Positions 49,817 to 58,821 of a stretch of 64,000 bases of DNA are shown here, one piece after another. Numbering within the stretch: the stretch's first letter is position 1; every line of letters starts with the position of its first letter. The notes beneath the pieces are model-generated. The model worked only from the letters and a program-made list of their open reading frames with translations. It was not told the DNA's origin and made no database searches. The stretch comes from a virus (taxonomy: Duplodnaviria > Caudoviricetes), in the IMG/VR virus record IMGVR_UViG_2851775564_000002, positions 1 to 64,000 of that record; one strand, written 5' to 3'. The translations under genes were made by a program, and so were the position numbers.

Positions 49817-49911
49817 TCCTTATTAAATGCAGTGGTTTTCCTATCAAGATCATCTGTAGTTTGATGTTGCTGCTTTTTTATGTCATTAATTAATTTCTTG
49901 AATTTAAACAT
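49762..49911 (-). CDS. Small basic protein (49 aa, not in ORF track)
   Basis: RBS GAGGTG; MFKFKKLINDIKKQQHQ...; overlaps the DUF6414-like gene. Confidence 0.5.
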   Translation of the reverse strand: MFKFKKLINDIKKQQHQTTDDLDRKTTAFNKEWEKWGNKNNTKIAKKLP

Positions 49912-49992
49912 AATAAACACCTCAACGTTATTACTTTATATTATTTATTATAGACTATCAAGTAAGAATACCAAAGTGTATTTTTTATTAAT

Positions 49993-50124
49993 TTATTTTT
50001 CAAATTTATACTTAACCAATTGTTCAGGAACACCATAATAGTCAGCTAGTTGATTTATGCATATGTTTTCCAAACAACATTTATCTATATCTTTATCATT
50101 AATTAATAGTTCTACCGCAAACTT
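49993..50124 (-). pseudogene. C-terminal remnant of an ImmA/IrrE peptidase
   Basis: KFAVELLINDKDID..INQLADYYGVPEQLVKYKFEK*, no start codon. Confidence 0.65.
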
Positions 50125-50189
50125 ATATAATAACTTAATCTATATATCTATTTAGAACTTCAATTAATTTATCAGAGTATGAGTATAAA

Positions 50190-50519
50190 TTACCTATATA
50201 ACTTTTCTGCCATAGCATCAGCATTCCGTTCCATATATGTATATTGCATATCCAAACCTATCATATATCCAAGATGTGGCATATCGTCAGCTATGTGCTT
50301 AATTTCATGTATGAAAGTTTTACATTGAGTCTTATAATTTACTTCACCGTTTAAAATAAGATGATAATTTCCTCTTTTACTTAAATAGACAAATCCTAAT
50401 ATACTAGATGGTAGATTGCAGGCTATAGTAGTTTTTATATCAAATGCATTCATAGCTTCATAAAAAGGAATATCTTCATTTAAAAGGGCCTTTAGCAAAG
50501 GCTTGTCCAATATATCCAT
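50190..50519 (-). CDS. Short ImmA-like metallopeptidase
   Basis: FIHEIKH, MERNAD. Confidence 0.7.
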   Translation of the reverse strand: MDILDKPLLKALLNEDIPFYEAMNAFDIKTTIACNLPSSILGFVYLSKRGNYHLILNGEVNYKTQCKTFIHEIKHIADDMPHLGYMIGLDMQYTYMERNADAMAEKLYR

Positions 50520-50546
50520 AATGTCATCCCCTTTAATGATTTATAT

Positions 50547-51692
50547 TTATTTAAATAATGACTTTAGTTTTGCAAAGAATCCTTTATCTTTCTTTGTATT
50601 TGTACAATCTTTTTGTGAATCAATAGATATATTTAATTTAAAAGCAACATTATGATTTGTTGGTTGAATCCCATTATATGATTTTTGCCATTCCTTATTT
50701 TTTCTTAAATCTATTGTATCAGGTAAAGAATCTACAACAGATTTAATGTTTTCAATAGAAAAGCAAGGACACATTACATATGGCAATGAATATGTTTTAA
50801 TTCTTTCTAGTATAGCTTGTTTATTAACACGCCATATTGAAGAAGTTATAAAATCACCTATTGTCCACCAAGGATGATTGTAGGCACTTATTTGAAGTCT
50901 ATGACATCCAAAAGGATTCGCCGTCATTTCACTAGCTCCAAAACAAAAATCAGGATTACCCGATCTACATTTATCACCATAACAATAATTTAATCCACCA
51001 ATTATTTTTCTATCCATAATAGTTCCATTTATTATAACAAAACAAGATTTCCAATTACTTACTAACTCATATAATTTTATAAATTGTAAGTATTCTGTAG
51101 GTTTATTTGAGTAAACAGCTTGGTATAAAATCTTATTACTAACGTTATTTTCAATATATTGTGGTGCACTTTGGGCAAGTGCTAATGCTTGAGAAAAACT
51201 TGGAGACCTAGATTCTCCAAAAGATATACTTACATACCAGTCGGGAAATTTGATATTTTTAGTAGAGATTTCTTTTGCTTCAATTGGTGTAATGGTTGTT
51301 GCTGAAGAATGTTTTACCGGTTTATTTGTAGTTCTATTTTTAGGGATAGCAACCTTAGAGTTTTTTTGTTTTTCTATTTTATTATTTAATCTGTTTAACC
51401 TATGTTCAAACATATCAGGTCTACAGTTAAAGTATTCTTTCCAAGGAACATTAATAGCTCTTTTACATATTTCAGCCGCTTCCTTGTACATTTTTCTACG
51501 TTCAAGTATTATTGCAGGCCTTTCATAATAATCAATTCCCCTAGGGCTATATCTATTTAATATATTAAGATATATCTTTAACGCCTCATCTTCCTTTTTT
51601 AATTTTTCCAAACTCCTAGCTTTTTCATATAAATTAAAGTATATTGAAAAATTTTCATCTTCAAAATACATAGTTTTCAACCTCCAATGCAA
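50547..51692 (-). CDS. Hypothetical protein: TPR-like N-term, Cys-containing C-term
   Basis: EDEALKIY..YERPAIILERRKMYKEAAEICKRA; CYGDKC, FCFG, FGCH, CPCF. Confidence 0.6.
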   Translation of the reverse strand: MHWRLKTMYFEDENFSIYFNLYEKARSLEKLKKEDEALKIYLNILNRYSPRGIDYYERPAIILERRKMYKEAAEICKRAINVPWKEYFNCRPDMFEHRLNRLNNKIEKQKNSKVAIPKNRTTNKPVKHSSATTITPIEAKEISTKNIKFPDWYVSISFGESRSPSFSQALALAQSAPQYIENNVSNKILYQAVYSNKPTEYLQFIKLYELVSNWKSCFVIINGTIMDRKIIGGLNYCYGDKCRSGNPDFCFGASEMTANPFGCHRLQISAYNHPWWTIGDFITSSIWRVNKQAILERIKTYSLPYVMCPCFSIENIKSVVDSLPDTIDLRKNKEWQKSYNGIQPTNHNVAFKLNISIDSQKDCTNTKKDKGFFAKLKSLFK

Positions 51693-51720
51693 ATAGGTCT
51701 AAGTTAAAATTATATGTTTT

Positions 51721-52143
51721 TTAACCATCATTTCTATCTTCTTCATCTTCGATAGCTTTTATAATTCTAATTATTTTCTTTATGTCATTAGAATCCATGT
51801 TCTTTGTTTGTTTGAAGAGTAATTTTAAATCTTCTCTTTCTTTTAATAGATTCCAGAATTCAGATAGTTCTGGATCATCATCTAATGATTTTGATATTTT
51901 TTCAACTGGTGTATCTTTTTTTTGAGCAGATAGAGTTCTATCGTCTGAATTTCCAAGAAGATAGTCTGTAGAAACATTATAGTAATTAGCAAGCTGATTT
52001 ATAAAATCAGCATTTGGAGTTCTTAAGTTATTTTCATATCTTGACAAAGTTGATTTAGTTGTATTTAATGCTTTAGACAGTTCTTCTAAAGTAACATTTT
52101 TTTCGTTTCTAAGTTTTTTCATTCTTTGATTAAAAGTTGCCAT
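51721..52143 (-). CDS. CI-like XRE repressor
   Basis: TLEELSKAL..STLSRYEN..NVSTDYLLG. Confidence 0.85.
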   Translation of the reverse strand: MATFNQRMKKLRNEKNVTLEELSKALNTTKSTLSRYENNLRTPNADFINQLANYYNVSTDYLLGNSDDRTLSAQKKDTPVEKISKSLDDDPELSEFWNLLKEREDLKLLFKQTKNMDSNDIKKIIRIIKAIEDEEDRNDG

Positions 52144-52175
52144 AATAACACCTCTTTGAACTAATGATAACATTT

Positions 52176-52286
52176 AGTTGCCAAAAATAACAACTAAGTT
52201 GCCAAAAATAAAATATATTTATTAAAATTCATTGACAAGTTGCCAAATGTATAATATAATGAAGTTACCAAATAGATAACAAAAGG
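52176..52286. promoter_or_regulatory. Switch 1: rightward promoter and GTTGCCAAA operators (another copy at 52508-52533)
   Basis: TTGACA 52232-17 bp-TATAAT 52255; four gtt(g/a)ccaaa copies. Confidence 0.75.
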
Positions 52287-52293
52287 AAACGAG

Positions 52294-52521
52294 GTGGGAG
52301 TATTGCAAAAAAGAAAAGCTAACTTTAAATTGAAAGGATTAAGGGTAGAACATAATTTAAAACAGTCCGATATAGCTAAAAAAATTGGTATAGCAGAATC
52401 TACCTATAATAGAAAAGAAAACGGATATACTGATTTTTCAGCAACTGAAATGTATAAAATCAGCAAAGTTTTTAAAAAAGATCCTGCGTTTATTTTCTTT
52501 GATAATAAGGTTGCCAAATAG
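52294..52521 (+). CDS. Cro-like HTH
   Basis: QSDIAKKIGIAESTYNRKENG. Confidence 0.8.
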   Translation: MGVLQKRKANFKLKGLRVEHNLKQSDIAKKIGIAESTYNRKENGYTDFSATEMYKISKVFKKDPAFIFFDNKVAK

Positions 52522-52545
52522 ATAACAAAAGGAGGTAGCGAGCTA

Positions 52546-52629
52546 ATGGATAAACAGTCAGAGCAAAGAATCAAGCAACTTGGGCAAAGGGTAGCTGTAC
52601 TTGAAGAAGATATTAAAGCACAGCCTTAG
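52546..52629 (+). CDS. 27-aa short copy of 53625..53819
   Basis: MDKQSEQRIKQLGQRVAVLEEDIKAQP*. Confidence 0.45.
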   Translation: MDKQSEQRIKQLGQRVAVLEEDIKAQP

Positions 52630-52642
52630 GATTTTAATAAGT

Positions 52643-52909
52643 TTATTTAACAGATTTCAAATAAGCTATATCCATAATATTTTTACCTGTTGCAGTCTCA
52701 ACAAAATTTAGATCCTTTGATATGGTATCAACCTTAGAGGTTAAAGTTTCGATTTTACCTTCAACTGATGCAGTTCTGTGGTTGAGTTGATCAAGTAACG
52801 CTTTATGTTCTTGCGAACTATGTTCAAGAGCTTTGAGTATTTGAGTATTTTCATTAATTTGAGATTGCATTGATTCAAGGATTTTTAATATTTTTTCTTC
52901 ATTATTCAT
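52643..52909 (-). CDS. Coiled-coil hypothetical protein
   Basis: SQINENTQILKALEH. Confidence 0.6.
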   Translation of the reverse strand: MNNEEKILKILESMQSQINENTQILKALEHSSQEHKALLDQLNHRTASVEGKIETLTSKVDTISKDLNFVETATGKNIMDIAYLKSVK

Positions 52910-52921
52910 GATAACGCTCCT

Positions 52922-53236
52922 TTATTTTATTGATTTTATGAATTTAGAAAGTAGTTCAAGTTGTTCAGGAGTTAGGTCTTTAGCACTATTTAATAACTCT
53001 TTAAGCTGTTGATTAAGAATAACAGGTTCTGAATTATTATCATCATTGAAGAATTCAGAAAGAGTAATTTTAAAGTGATTACAAACTTTAATTAATAAAT
53101 CAATTGATGGTTTTGCAGTACCTTTTTCAATCTTATTTATGGTTGAAGGGTCAACACCAATTGAAATAGCTAGTTTATTAGCAGATATATCATTAAGTTT
53201 TCTTATTTTTATTAATCTTTTACCAATATTAATCAT
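52922..53236 (-). CDS. XRE HTH regulator (second repressor)
   Basis: SANKLAISIGVDPSTINKIEKG. Confidence 0.8.
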   Translation of the reverse strand: MINIGKRLIKIRKLNDISANKLAISIGVDPSTINKIEKGTAKPSIDLLIKVCNHFKITLSEFFNDDNNSEPVILNQQLKELLNSAKDLTPEQLELLSKFIKSIK

Positions 53237-53249
53237 AACATTACCTCAT

Positions 53250-53353
53250 TTGAATATAATTCAACTTTAATTATACAGTAATAATTAACTTAAAAAAATA
53301 TTGGATTATATTCATGAAGTTCTATTGACATGTTGAATTAAATCCAATATAAT
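53250..53353. promoter_or_regulatory. Switch 2: promoter and three 15-bp palindromic operators
   Basis: ttgaatataattcaa, ttggattatattcat, ttgaattaaatccaa; TTGACA 53325-17 bp-TATAAT 53348. Confidence 0.75.
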
Positions 53354-53367
53354 TAATTTGTAAGGAG

Positions 53368-53625
53368 GTGAAAATAGTGCTTGGCGACAAAATAAAAAAG
53401 CTAAGAGAAAAACATTCTTTAACCCAAATACAACTTGCTGACAAGGTTAACGCAGATATATCCACAATTTCAAAAATAGAAAATAACAAGTCCAATCCAT
53501 CATTGCCTATGCTTTATAAAATTGCTAAGGTATTGGATTCTACTCCAGATGAATTAATAAAAAATACTGAAATAAAATATTTTAAACTGAAATCAGAAGA
53601 AACTAAAAAGGAGGTAGCGAGCTAA
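53368..53625 (+). CDS. XRE HTH regulator (second cro-like)
   Basis: TQIQLADKVNADISTISKIENN. Confidence 0.8.
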   Translation: MKIVLGDKIKKLREKHSLTQIQLADKVNADISTISKIENNKSNPSLPMLYKIAKVLDSTPDELIKNTEIKYFKLKSEETKKEVAS

Positions 53626-53819
53626 TGGATAAACAACTAGAGCAGCGAATCAAGCAACTTGAGCAAAGGGTAACTGCTCCTGAAGGACAGGTTCAAGAGC
53701 AGTCAAGTGCAAAAATAGAAATTACAAATGTAGATGAATTTAAAAAATTAATTGCCGAAGCTATAGAAAAGTTAGATAAAATTAAAAATTTTAAATTCAA
53801 TATTAAAGTATCTGACTAA
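53625..53819 (+). CDS. Hypothetical protein
   Basis: Strong RBS, coupled to upstream stop. Confidence 0.6.
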   Translation: MDKQLEQRIKQLEQRVTAPEGQVQEQSSAKIEITNVDEFKKLIAEAIEKLDKIKNFKFNIKVSD

Positions 53820-53820
53820 A

Positions 53821-54057
53821 TTATTTTCCAAAATCATCAAACATCTTTTTTAAATCATCAAGTGATTTATTTACTGATTCTTTTGTGGAATCGAAATTAG
53901 AATCTTTTTTAAGTGTAATTCCAGTTTTACAATGCGGACAGGTTATCGTTTTGCCAGCATCGTTAAGTGTATAAGGTATTTTACTTTTGCATTTTGGACA
54001 TTCCATGTCAAGTTGTGCATTGCCATATAGAGAATCAAAATTTAAATCATTACTCAT
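53821..54057 (-). CDS. Small zinc-ribbon moron protein
   Basis: CPKC..CPHC; own upstream module. Confidence 0.65.
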   Translation of the reverse strand: MSNDLNFDSLYGNAQLDMECPKCKSKIPYTLNDAGKTITCPHCKTGITLKKDSNFDSTKESVNKSLDDLKKMFDDFGK

Positions 54058-54150
54058 AAATTATCACCACCTTTCATGGTGATAAAATTCTACAAAATAT
54101 ATAAAAATCCTTTTATATATTAATTTTAGCAGTAAAAGGAAGTGATTTAA

Positions 54151-54597
54151 ATGGACAAAGAGTGCAGAAATATCTACCAAATAGCAAGAGAAAGTGCAGG
54201 CTTGACTCAAGAAAAAGCATCCGAGTTAATGGACATATGTGTTGAAAGCCTGAGGGCATATGAAAGTGGTAGAAGAATACCACCGGATCGAATAGTTATC
54301 AAAATGATAGAGATATATAATACGCAGTATCTAGCATATCAACATCTTAAAACAAGCGCTGAGGTAGGACAGAAGTATTTGCCTGACATTATAATTGAAG
54401 ATTTGCCAGCATCAATATTAAAACTTCATACAGAGATTAAAGATTATATTGATTGTGAAGATTTACTCATGGGAATCTGTTCTGATGGAAAAGTTAGTGA
54501 AAATGAAGCTTGTGATTTTAAGAAGATATGTAAAGAACTTGATGATGTACTTGAAGCAATTTACACTTTTAAATTTTCTAAGAAGAAATCTGAATAG
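54151..54597 (+). CDS. HTH transcriptional regulator
   Basis: ARESAGLTQEKASE..SLRAYESG. Confidence 0.75.
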   Translation: MDKECRNIYQIARESAGLTQEKASELMDICVESLRAYESGRRIPPDRIVIKMIEIYNTQYLAYQHLKTSAEVGQKYLPDIIIEDLPASILKLHTEIKDYIDCEDLLMGICSDGKVSENEACDFKKICKELDDVLEAIYTFKFSKKKSE

Positions 54598-54613
54598 AGA
54601 GGGGTTGAAATAA

Positions 54614-54841
54614 ATGGACAATGAAATACTCTATACAGTTGATGAAGTAGCCATGAAGTTAAAAACTAATAAAAATATGGTATATGACTTGATAAGAAGA
54701 GGATATATTTCAGCATTAAAACTTGGCAGATTAAAAGTAACGAAGTTTGAACTTCTAAGGTTTGCAAAATGGGCACAGGGTAAAGACTTTACTAATTTGG
54801 ACAATGTAAAAGATCTTACGTTTCAAAAAAAGGAGGCGTGA
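54614..54841 (+). CDS. Excisionase-like HTH protein
   Basis: LYTVDEVAMKLK..VYDLIRRGYI. Confidence 0.7.
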   Translation: MDNEILYTVDEVAMKLKTNKNMVYDLIRRGYISALKLGRLKVTKFELLRFAKWAQGKDFTNLDNVKDLTFQKKEA

Positions 54842-54925
54842 AAAGTAAGTAGCTTAGTAAAACATGCTTAAATATGTAGGTTATTGGAAGTTGGTACCAA
54901 AATATAAAGAAACGGAGGGGAATAA

Positions 54926-55202
54926 ATGAACGACTTACAGATTTTTAAAGATCAGCAGTTAATCCCACTAAAAGAAAGGTAGAAAAGGAACTGACTATAA
55001 TATGCCAACTCAGAGAGCCATGGATCTAGGATTATTTTCTATAAAGGAAACATCAATAAGCCATTCGGATGGACACATAAGTATATCTACTACTACCAAA
55101 GTGACAGGGAAAGGGCAAATATACTTTGCGAACAAATTTAAAGAGATTCAGGATAAGAATTTAATGGATAGGAGGGCTACCAAATGCATCTTAGAAAATT
55201 AA
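54926..55202 (+). pseudogene. Antirepressor with large internal deletion
   Basis: RBS+MNDLQIFKDQQLIPLKE joined out of frame to C-terminal YNMPTQRAMDLGLF..TKVTGKGQIYF. Confidence 0.7.
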
Positions 55203-55336
55203 CCAGGAGGCAAAAGGACATTTTAAACAAAATGGACATGGACCCAAAGAATTATTTAAGCCTTAAAAAGGATTTTGAAAGCTTTACAGTTGTTGATATT
55301 AGAACTATGAAGCCACTTAAACCAATCAGATATTAG
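55184..55336 (+). CDS. Small phage protein (50 aa, not in ORF track)
   Basis: RBS GGAGG; MHLRKLTRRQKDILNKMDMDPKNYL. Confidence 0.6.
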   Translation: MHLRKLTRRQKDILNKMDMDPKNYLSLKKDFESFTVVDIRTMKPLKPIRY

Positions 55337-55352
55337 GGGGTGAGAAATAAAA

Positions 55353-55589
55353 ATGTTTGATGCAGAGGAAGTAAAAGGTTACAGCAAGCTAGGAACTGTT
55401 GATATTATGATAAAACGCTTATTCGAAAAGGCTGCTATTAAGATAACTTATGATGAACTTGAAGAAGTATTGCAGATTACTACAGATGATATAAGAGAAA
55501 ATCGCATTAAATTTGGGAAGAGGACGAGTTTAGAGCAGATGGTTACTATTGCACTTAGAGTCTATTGTGTTTTAAAAAAAGTGGCATGA
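55353..55589 (+). CDS. Hypothetical protein
   Basis: ORF with RBS in early operon. Confidence 0.6.
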   Translation: MFDAEEVKGYSKLGTVDIMIKRLFEKAAIKITYDELEEVLQITTDDIRENRIKFGKRTSLEQMVTIALRVYCVLKKVA

Positions 55590-55606
55590 AAGGGGGTGAA
55601 ATAGAT

Positions 55607-55810
55607 ATGCTTTCAAATGCACTTAATAAAGTCGAGAGTTTGGTATTTGAACATAACTACGGATATAAAGAAGCTATAGATGAAGTTAAATATGAACTTG
55701 ATGGAGATAAGATTTATGATCCAAAGACAGGACAAACCTTAAACAGTATTGATGAAGCTACACAGAATCAGTTAGAAGAAATTTTAGGTATAAAAAAGAC
55801 CCTCTGGTAA
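55607..55810 (+). CDS. Hypothetical protein
   Basis: RBS GGGGGTG before ATG. Confidence 0.55.
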   Translation: MLSNALNKVESLVFEHNYGYKEAIDEVKYELDGDKIYDPKTGQTLNSIDEATQNQLEEILGIKKTLW

Positions 55811-55891
55811 AGGGTAAAAGTTTAAATAAAAAATTCATTAATCCCATTTTATCGTGAAATGGGGAAAAAATCAAATATGGAGGGAGAAAGA

Positions 55892-56836
55892 TTGTACAAG
55901 GTATTAGTTAAAACTAAAGATATGACAGAACTAGAATGGCTAAAAAGCAGACAGCATGGCATTGGCGGTTCTGATGCTGGAGCAATTATTGGAGTAAATA
56001 AGTGGAGAACACCATTTCAAGTATACATGGATAAAACTCAAGAAATAAATGAACCTAGTGAGCAAAGTGAAGCTGCTTACTGGGGGACTGAACTTGAAGA
56101 TCTTGTTGCAAGAGAATTTTCAAAGAGGACAGGTAAAAAGGTTAGAAGGAGAAATGCAATACTTCAAAGTACTGAATATCCTTTTATGACAGCAAATTTG
56201 GATAGAGAGGTAGCAGGTGAAAAGTCATTACTCGAATGTAAAACAGTAAATGCTTTTGGAGCTAAAGAATGGGATTCTGATGAAATACCTGCAAGTTATT
56301 TAGTACAAGTCATGCATTACTTAGCAGTAACAGGGTATGAAAAAGCATATATAGCAGTACTTATAGGTGGGCAAAAGTTTCTTTATAAAGAAGTAGATAG
56401 GGATGAGGAGCTTATAAAAATGATTATAGATGCAGAAAAGAATTTTTGGGAGAATTTCATAGTTAAAAAGGTACCGCCTCCACTAGACGGATCTACAGCA
56501 GCAGAAAAATATTTAAGGGAAAGGTACAGCGCTTCAACTCCTGAAACTAGTGTGAATCTAAAGTCTGAATATAAGGACAAGATAAAGGATTATTTTGAAC
56601 TTAAAAATACAATTAAGGATTTAGAATTACAGGCTAAGAAAATTGAAAATAACATAAAACTTGAACTAGGTGAAGCCGAGGTGGGATATGCACCTGATTA
56701 TGAAATTGACTGGAAGAGCATAACTTCAAATAGATTTGATAGTAAGGGATTTAGGAAAGATCATCCTGAGTTATTTAAAGAGTATCTAAATACGAGTTCG
56801 TACAGGAAATTTAGTATCAAGGAGGTAAAAGCATAA
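55892..56836 (+). CDS. YqaJ/lambda-exonuclease family
   Basis: EWLKSRQHGIGGSD, ANLDR, LECKT, YLVQVMHY. Confidence 0.9.
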   Translation: MYKVLVKTKDMTELEWLKSRQHGIGGSDAGAIIGVNKWRTPFQVYMDKTQEINEPSEQSEAAYWGTELEDLVAREFSKRTGKKVRRRNAILQSTEYPFMTANLDREVAGEKSLLECKTVNAFGAKEWDSDEIPASYLVQVMHYLAVTGYEKAYIAVLIGGQKFLYKEVDRDEELIKMIIDAEKNFWENFIVKKVPPPLDGSTAAEKYLRERYSASTPETSVNLKSEYKDKIKDYFELKNTIKDLELQAKKIENNIKLELGEAEVGYAPDYEIDWKSITSNRFDSKGFRKDHPELFKEYLNTSSYRKFSIKEVKA

Positions 56837-57024
56837 TGTCAAATCCAGCATTTACAGCACTTATAGATAATTTTAATGTTCAATTGGCGTCTATGAACAG
56901 GAACAATTTTAAAATGTATGATCCAGGTGATTCAGAGTACTTTATAGATTCAATTTACTATGACAGTGATGAGGACAAGATAATGTGCAATTTTAAAGAA
57001 GATTTGAGAAGAGAGGGTGAATAA
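56836..57024 (+). CDS. Hypothetical protein
   Basis: RBS; coupled. Confidence 0.55.
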   Translation: MSNPAFTALIDNFNVQLASMNRNNFKMYDPGDSEYFIDSIYYDSDEDKIMCNFKEDLRREGE

Positions 57025-57027
57025 TGT

Positions 57028-57897
57028 ATGGCTACAAGCAAGAGCTTAAAAAATGAATTGGCTAAGAAAGAAAAGGAAAAGTTACCTAAAGATCCATTCA
57101 AGGCTTTAGTGTATTCAGCAGGAATAAAGAAAAGATTTGAGGATATGCTTGATAAACAAGCTGATGGTTTTATAACAAGTTTACTTAATTTAAAGCAGGA
57201 TAAATTAAAGAAATGCGACAACATGACAGTTTTGGGGAGTGCCTTAAAGGCAGCTTCCTTGAAACTTCCGATAGATCCTAACCTCGGTTTTGCATGGATT
57301 ATACCATTTAAGAATCATGGGAAGCTAGAAGCACAATTTCAAATAGGATACAGAGGATTTATACAGATGGCTCAAAGGTCCGGACAGTATAAAAAGTTAA
57401 ATGTTACGGAGATTTACGAAGGACAGCTCAAAAGTTTTAATCCACTTACTGAAGAGATAGAACTTGATCTTGATAATAAACAATCTGATGCGGTTATTGG
57501 ATATGCAGCGTATTTTAGATTGCTGAACGGATTTGAAAAAATGGTTTACTGGAGTAAAGAAAAGGTAACATCACATGCTAAAAGGTTTAGCAAAAGTTTT
57601 GGCAACGGACCATGGAAAACAGATTTTGATGCTATGGCTAGAAAGACAGTATTAAAGAATATGTTATCTACTTGGGGTATCTTAAGTATTGATATGCAGG
57701 AAGCAGTCATAAGTGATAATAAGATAATTAAGACTGACGAAGAGAACTATGAACTTCTTGAGGAAGGAACAGAAGATCCTCAGGGAGTAGAAGCTACTGA
57801 TGTGGAGTATACCGAAGCTGGAGAAGATACAAATAGTTCAGATGATGGTAAAGATCCATACGAAGGTACACCATTTTCGGAAAATACTAAGTCATAA
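57028..57897 (+). CDS. recT: RecT-family single-strand annealing protein
   Basis: LPIDPNLGFAWIIP, AQFQIGYRGFIQMAQRSG, FDAMARKTV. Confidence 0.9.
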   Translation: MATSKSLKNELAKKEKEKLPKDPFKALVYSAGIKKRFEDMLDKQADGFITSLLNLKQDKLKKCDNMTVLGSALKAASLKLPIDPNLGFAWIIPFKNHGKLEAQFQIGYRGFIQMAQRSGQYKKLNVTEIYEGQLKSFNPLTEEIELDLDNKQSDAVIGYAAYFRLLNGFEKMVYWSKEKVTSHAKRFSKSFGNGPWKTDFDAMARKTVLKNMLSTWGILSIDMQEAVISDNKIIKTDEENYELLEEGTEDPQGVEATDVEYTEAGEDTNSSDDGKDPYEGTPFSENTKS

Positions 57898-57930
57898 GGA
57901 GTTATTGAACTATGGGAGAAGGTGATTACA

Positions 57931-58815
57931 TTGGCTAGGCCTCAAAAAGAAGGATTGGAATATTTTCCTCTAGATGTAGATATGGATCAAGATGATAAAG
58001 TTGCACTTATAGAAGCACAACATGGATTAGTTGGTTTTGGTGTAGTAGTTAAGTTATTAATGAAAATTTATAAACACGGTTACTTCTATGAGTGGACAGA
58101 AAAACAGCAATTATTGTTTTCAAAGAGGGTTAATGTAGACATTAACTCACTTAATGCAATCATTAATGATTGCGTTAAGTGGGAATTGTTCGATAAAAAT
58201 GCCTTTGAAACTTACAACGTACTTACTTCCAAGGGAATTCAAAGACGTTATATAGAAGCAGTAGGGAGAAGGCAAAAGGTAAAAATATACAAAGAATACC
58301 TACTTTTAGATGATGAAACCATTAATGTGTACAAAAACTTAGTTATTGTTGACATTAACTCTAATAACGAGGAAGTTAATGCAAACATTAATCCCCAAAG
58401 TAAAGTAAAGGAAAGTAAAGTAAAGAAAAGTAAAGAAGAGAGAGAAGGAAAAAAGGTTTCTGATGACAGAAACTCTCTCTCTGAAAAATCACTTGAACTT
58501 TGTAAATATTACGAAACATTAAAACCGGGTGAAAGTATAAGCAAACATGTGGCAGCTTTAAACGTGTTTATAAAAACTTATGGGTATGATTGGTGCAAAG
58601 AAGCACTACTCATAACTATCAGCAATAAAAATAGCTTTATAAAAGAGTATATGGCTAAAATACTAAAAAATTGGGCTGCAAATGGCAAGGAAAGCAGCAC
58701 TAAAAACGTTAAGTATGGCTGCCACAAGGAAAGTACGTTTAATAATTTTGAGCAGAGGGACTATGATTTTAAAGACTTAGAGAGAAAACTTTTAGGAATA
58801 GATGGAAAGGGATAG
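57931..58815 (+). CDS. Replication initiator (DUF4373/Lin1244-like N-term, DnaD-like C-term)
   Basis: GLEYFPLDV, LTSKGIQRRY, YMAKILKNW. Confidence 0.78.
   Translation: MARPQKEGLEYFPLDVDMDQDDKVALIEAQHGLVGFGVVVKLLMKIYKHGYFYEWTEKQQLLFSKRVNVDINSLNAIINDCVKWELFDKNAFETYNVLTSKGIQRRYIEAVGRRQKVKIYKEYLLLDDETINVYKNLVIVDINSNNEEVNANINPQSKVKESKVKKSKEEREGKKVSDDRNSLSEKSLELCKYYETLKPGESISKHVAALNVFIKTYGYDWCKEALLITISNKNSFIKEYMAKILKNWAANGKESSTKNVKYGCHKESTFNNFEQRDYDFKDLERKLLGIDGKG
58129..58436. repeat. Iteron-like palindromes and AAAGT repeats inside rep (putative origin)
   Basis: gttaatgtagacattaac, gttattgttgacattaac, gttaatgcaaacattaat; aaagtaaagtaaagg.. Confidence 0.55.
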
Positions 58816-58821
58816 ATTGAA

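Larger units (their letters stand above)
52527..53685 (+). repeat. ~80-bp direct repeat (52527-52606 / 53606-53685) flanking a second switch
   Basis: aaaaggaggtagcgagctaatggataaaca..gagca..gaatcaagcaactt..gcaaagggta. Confidence 0.8.
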
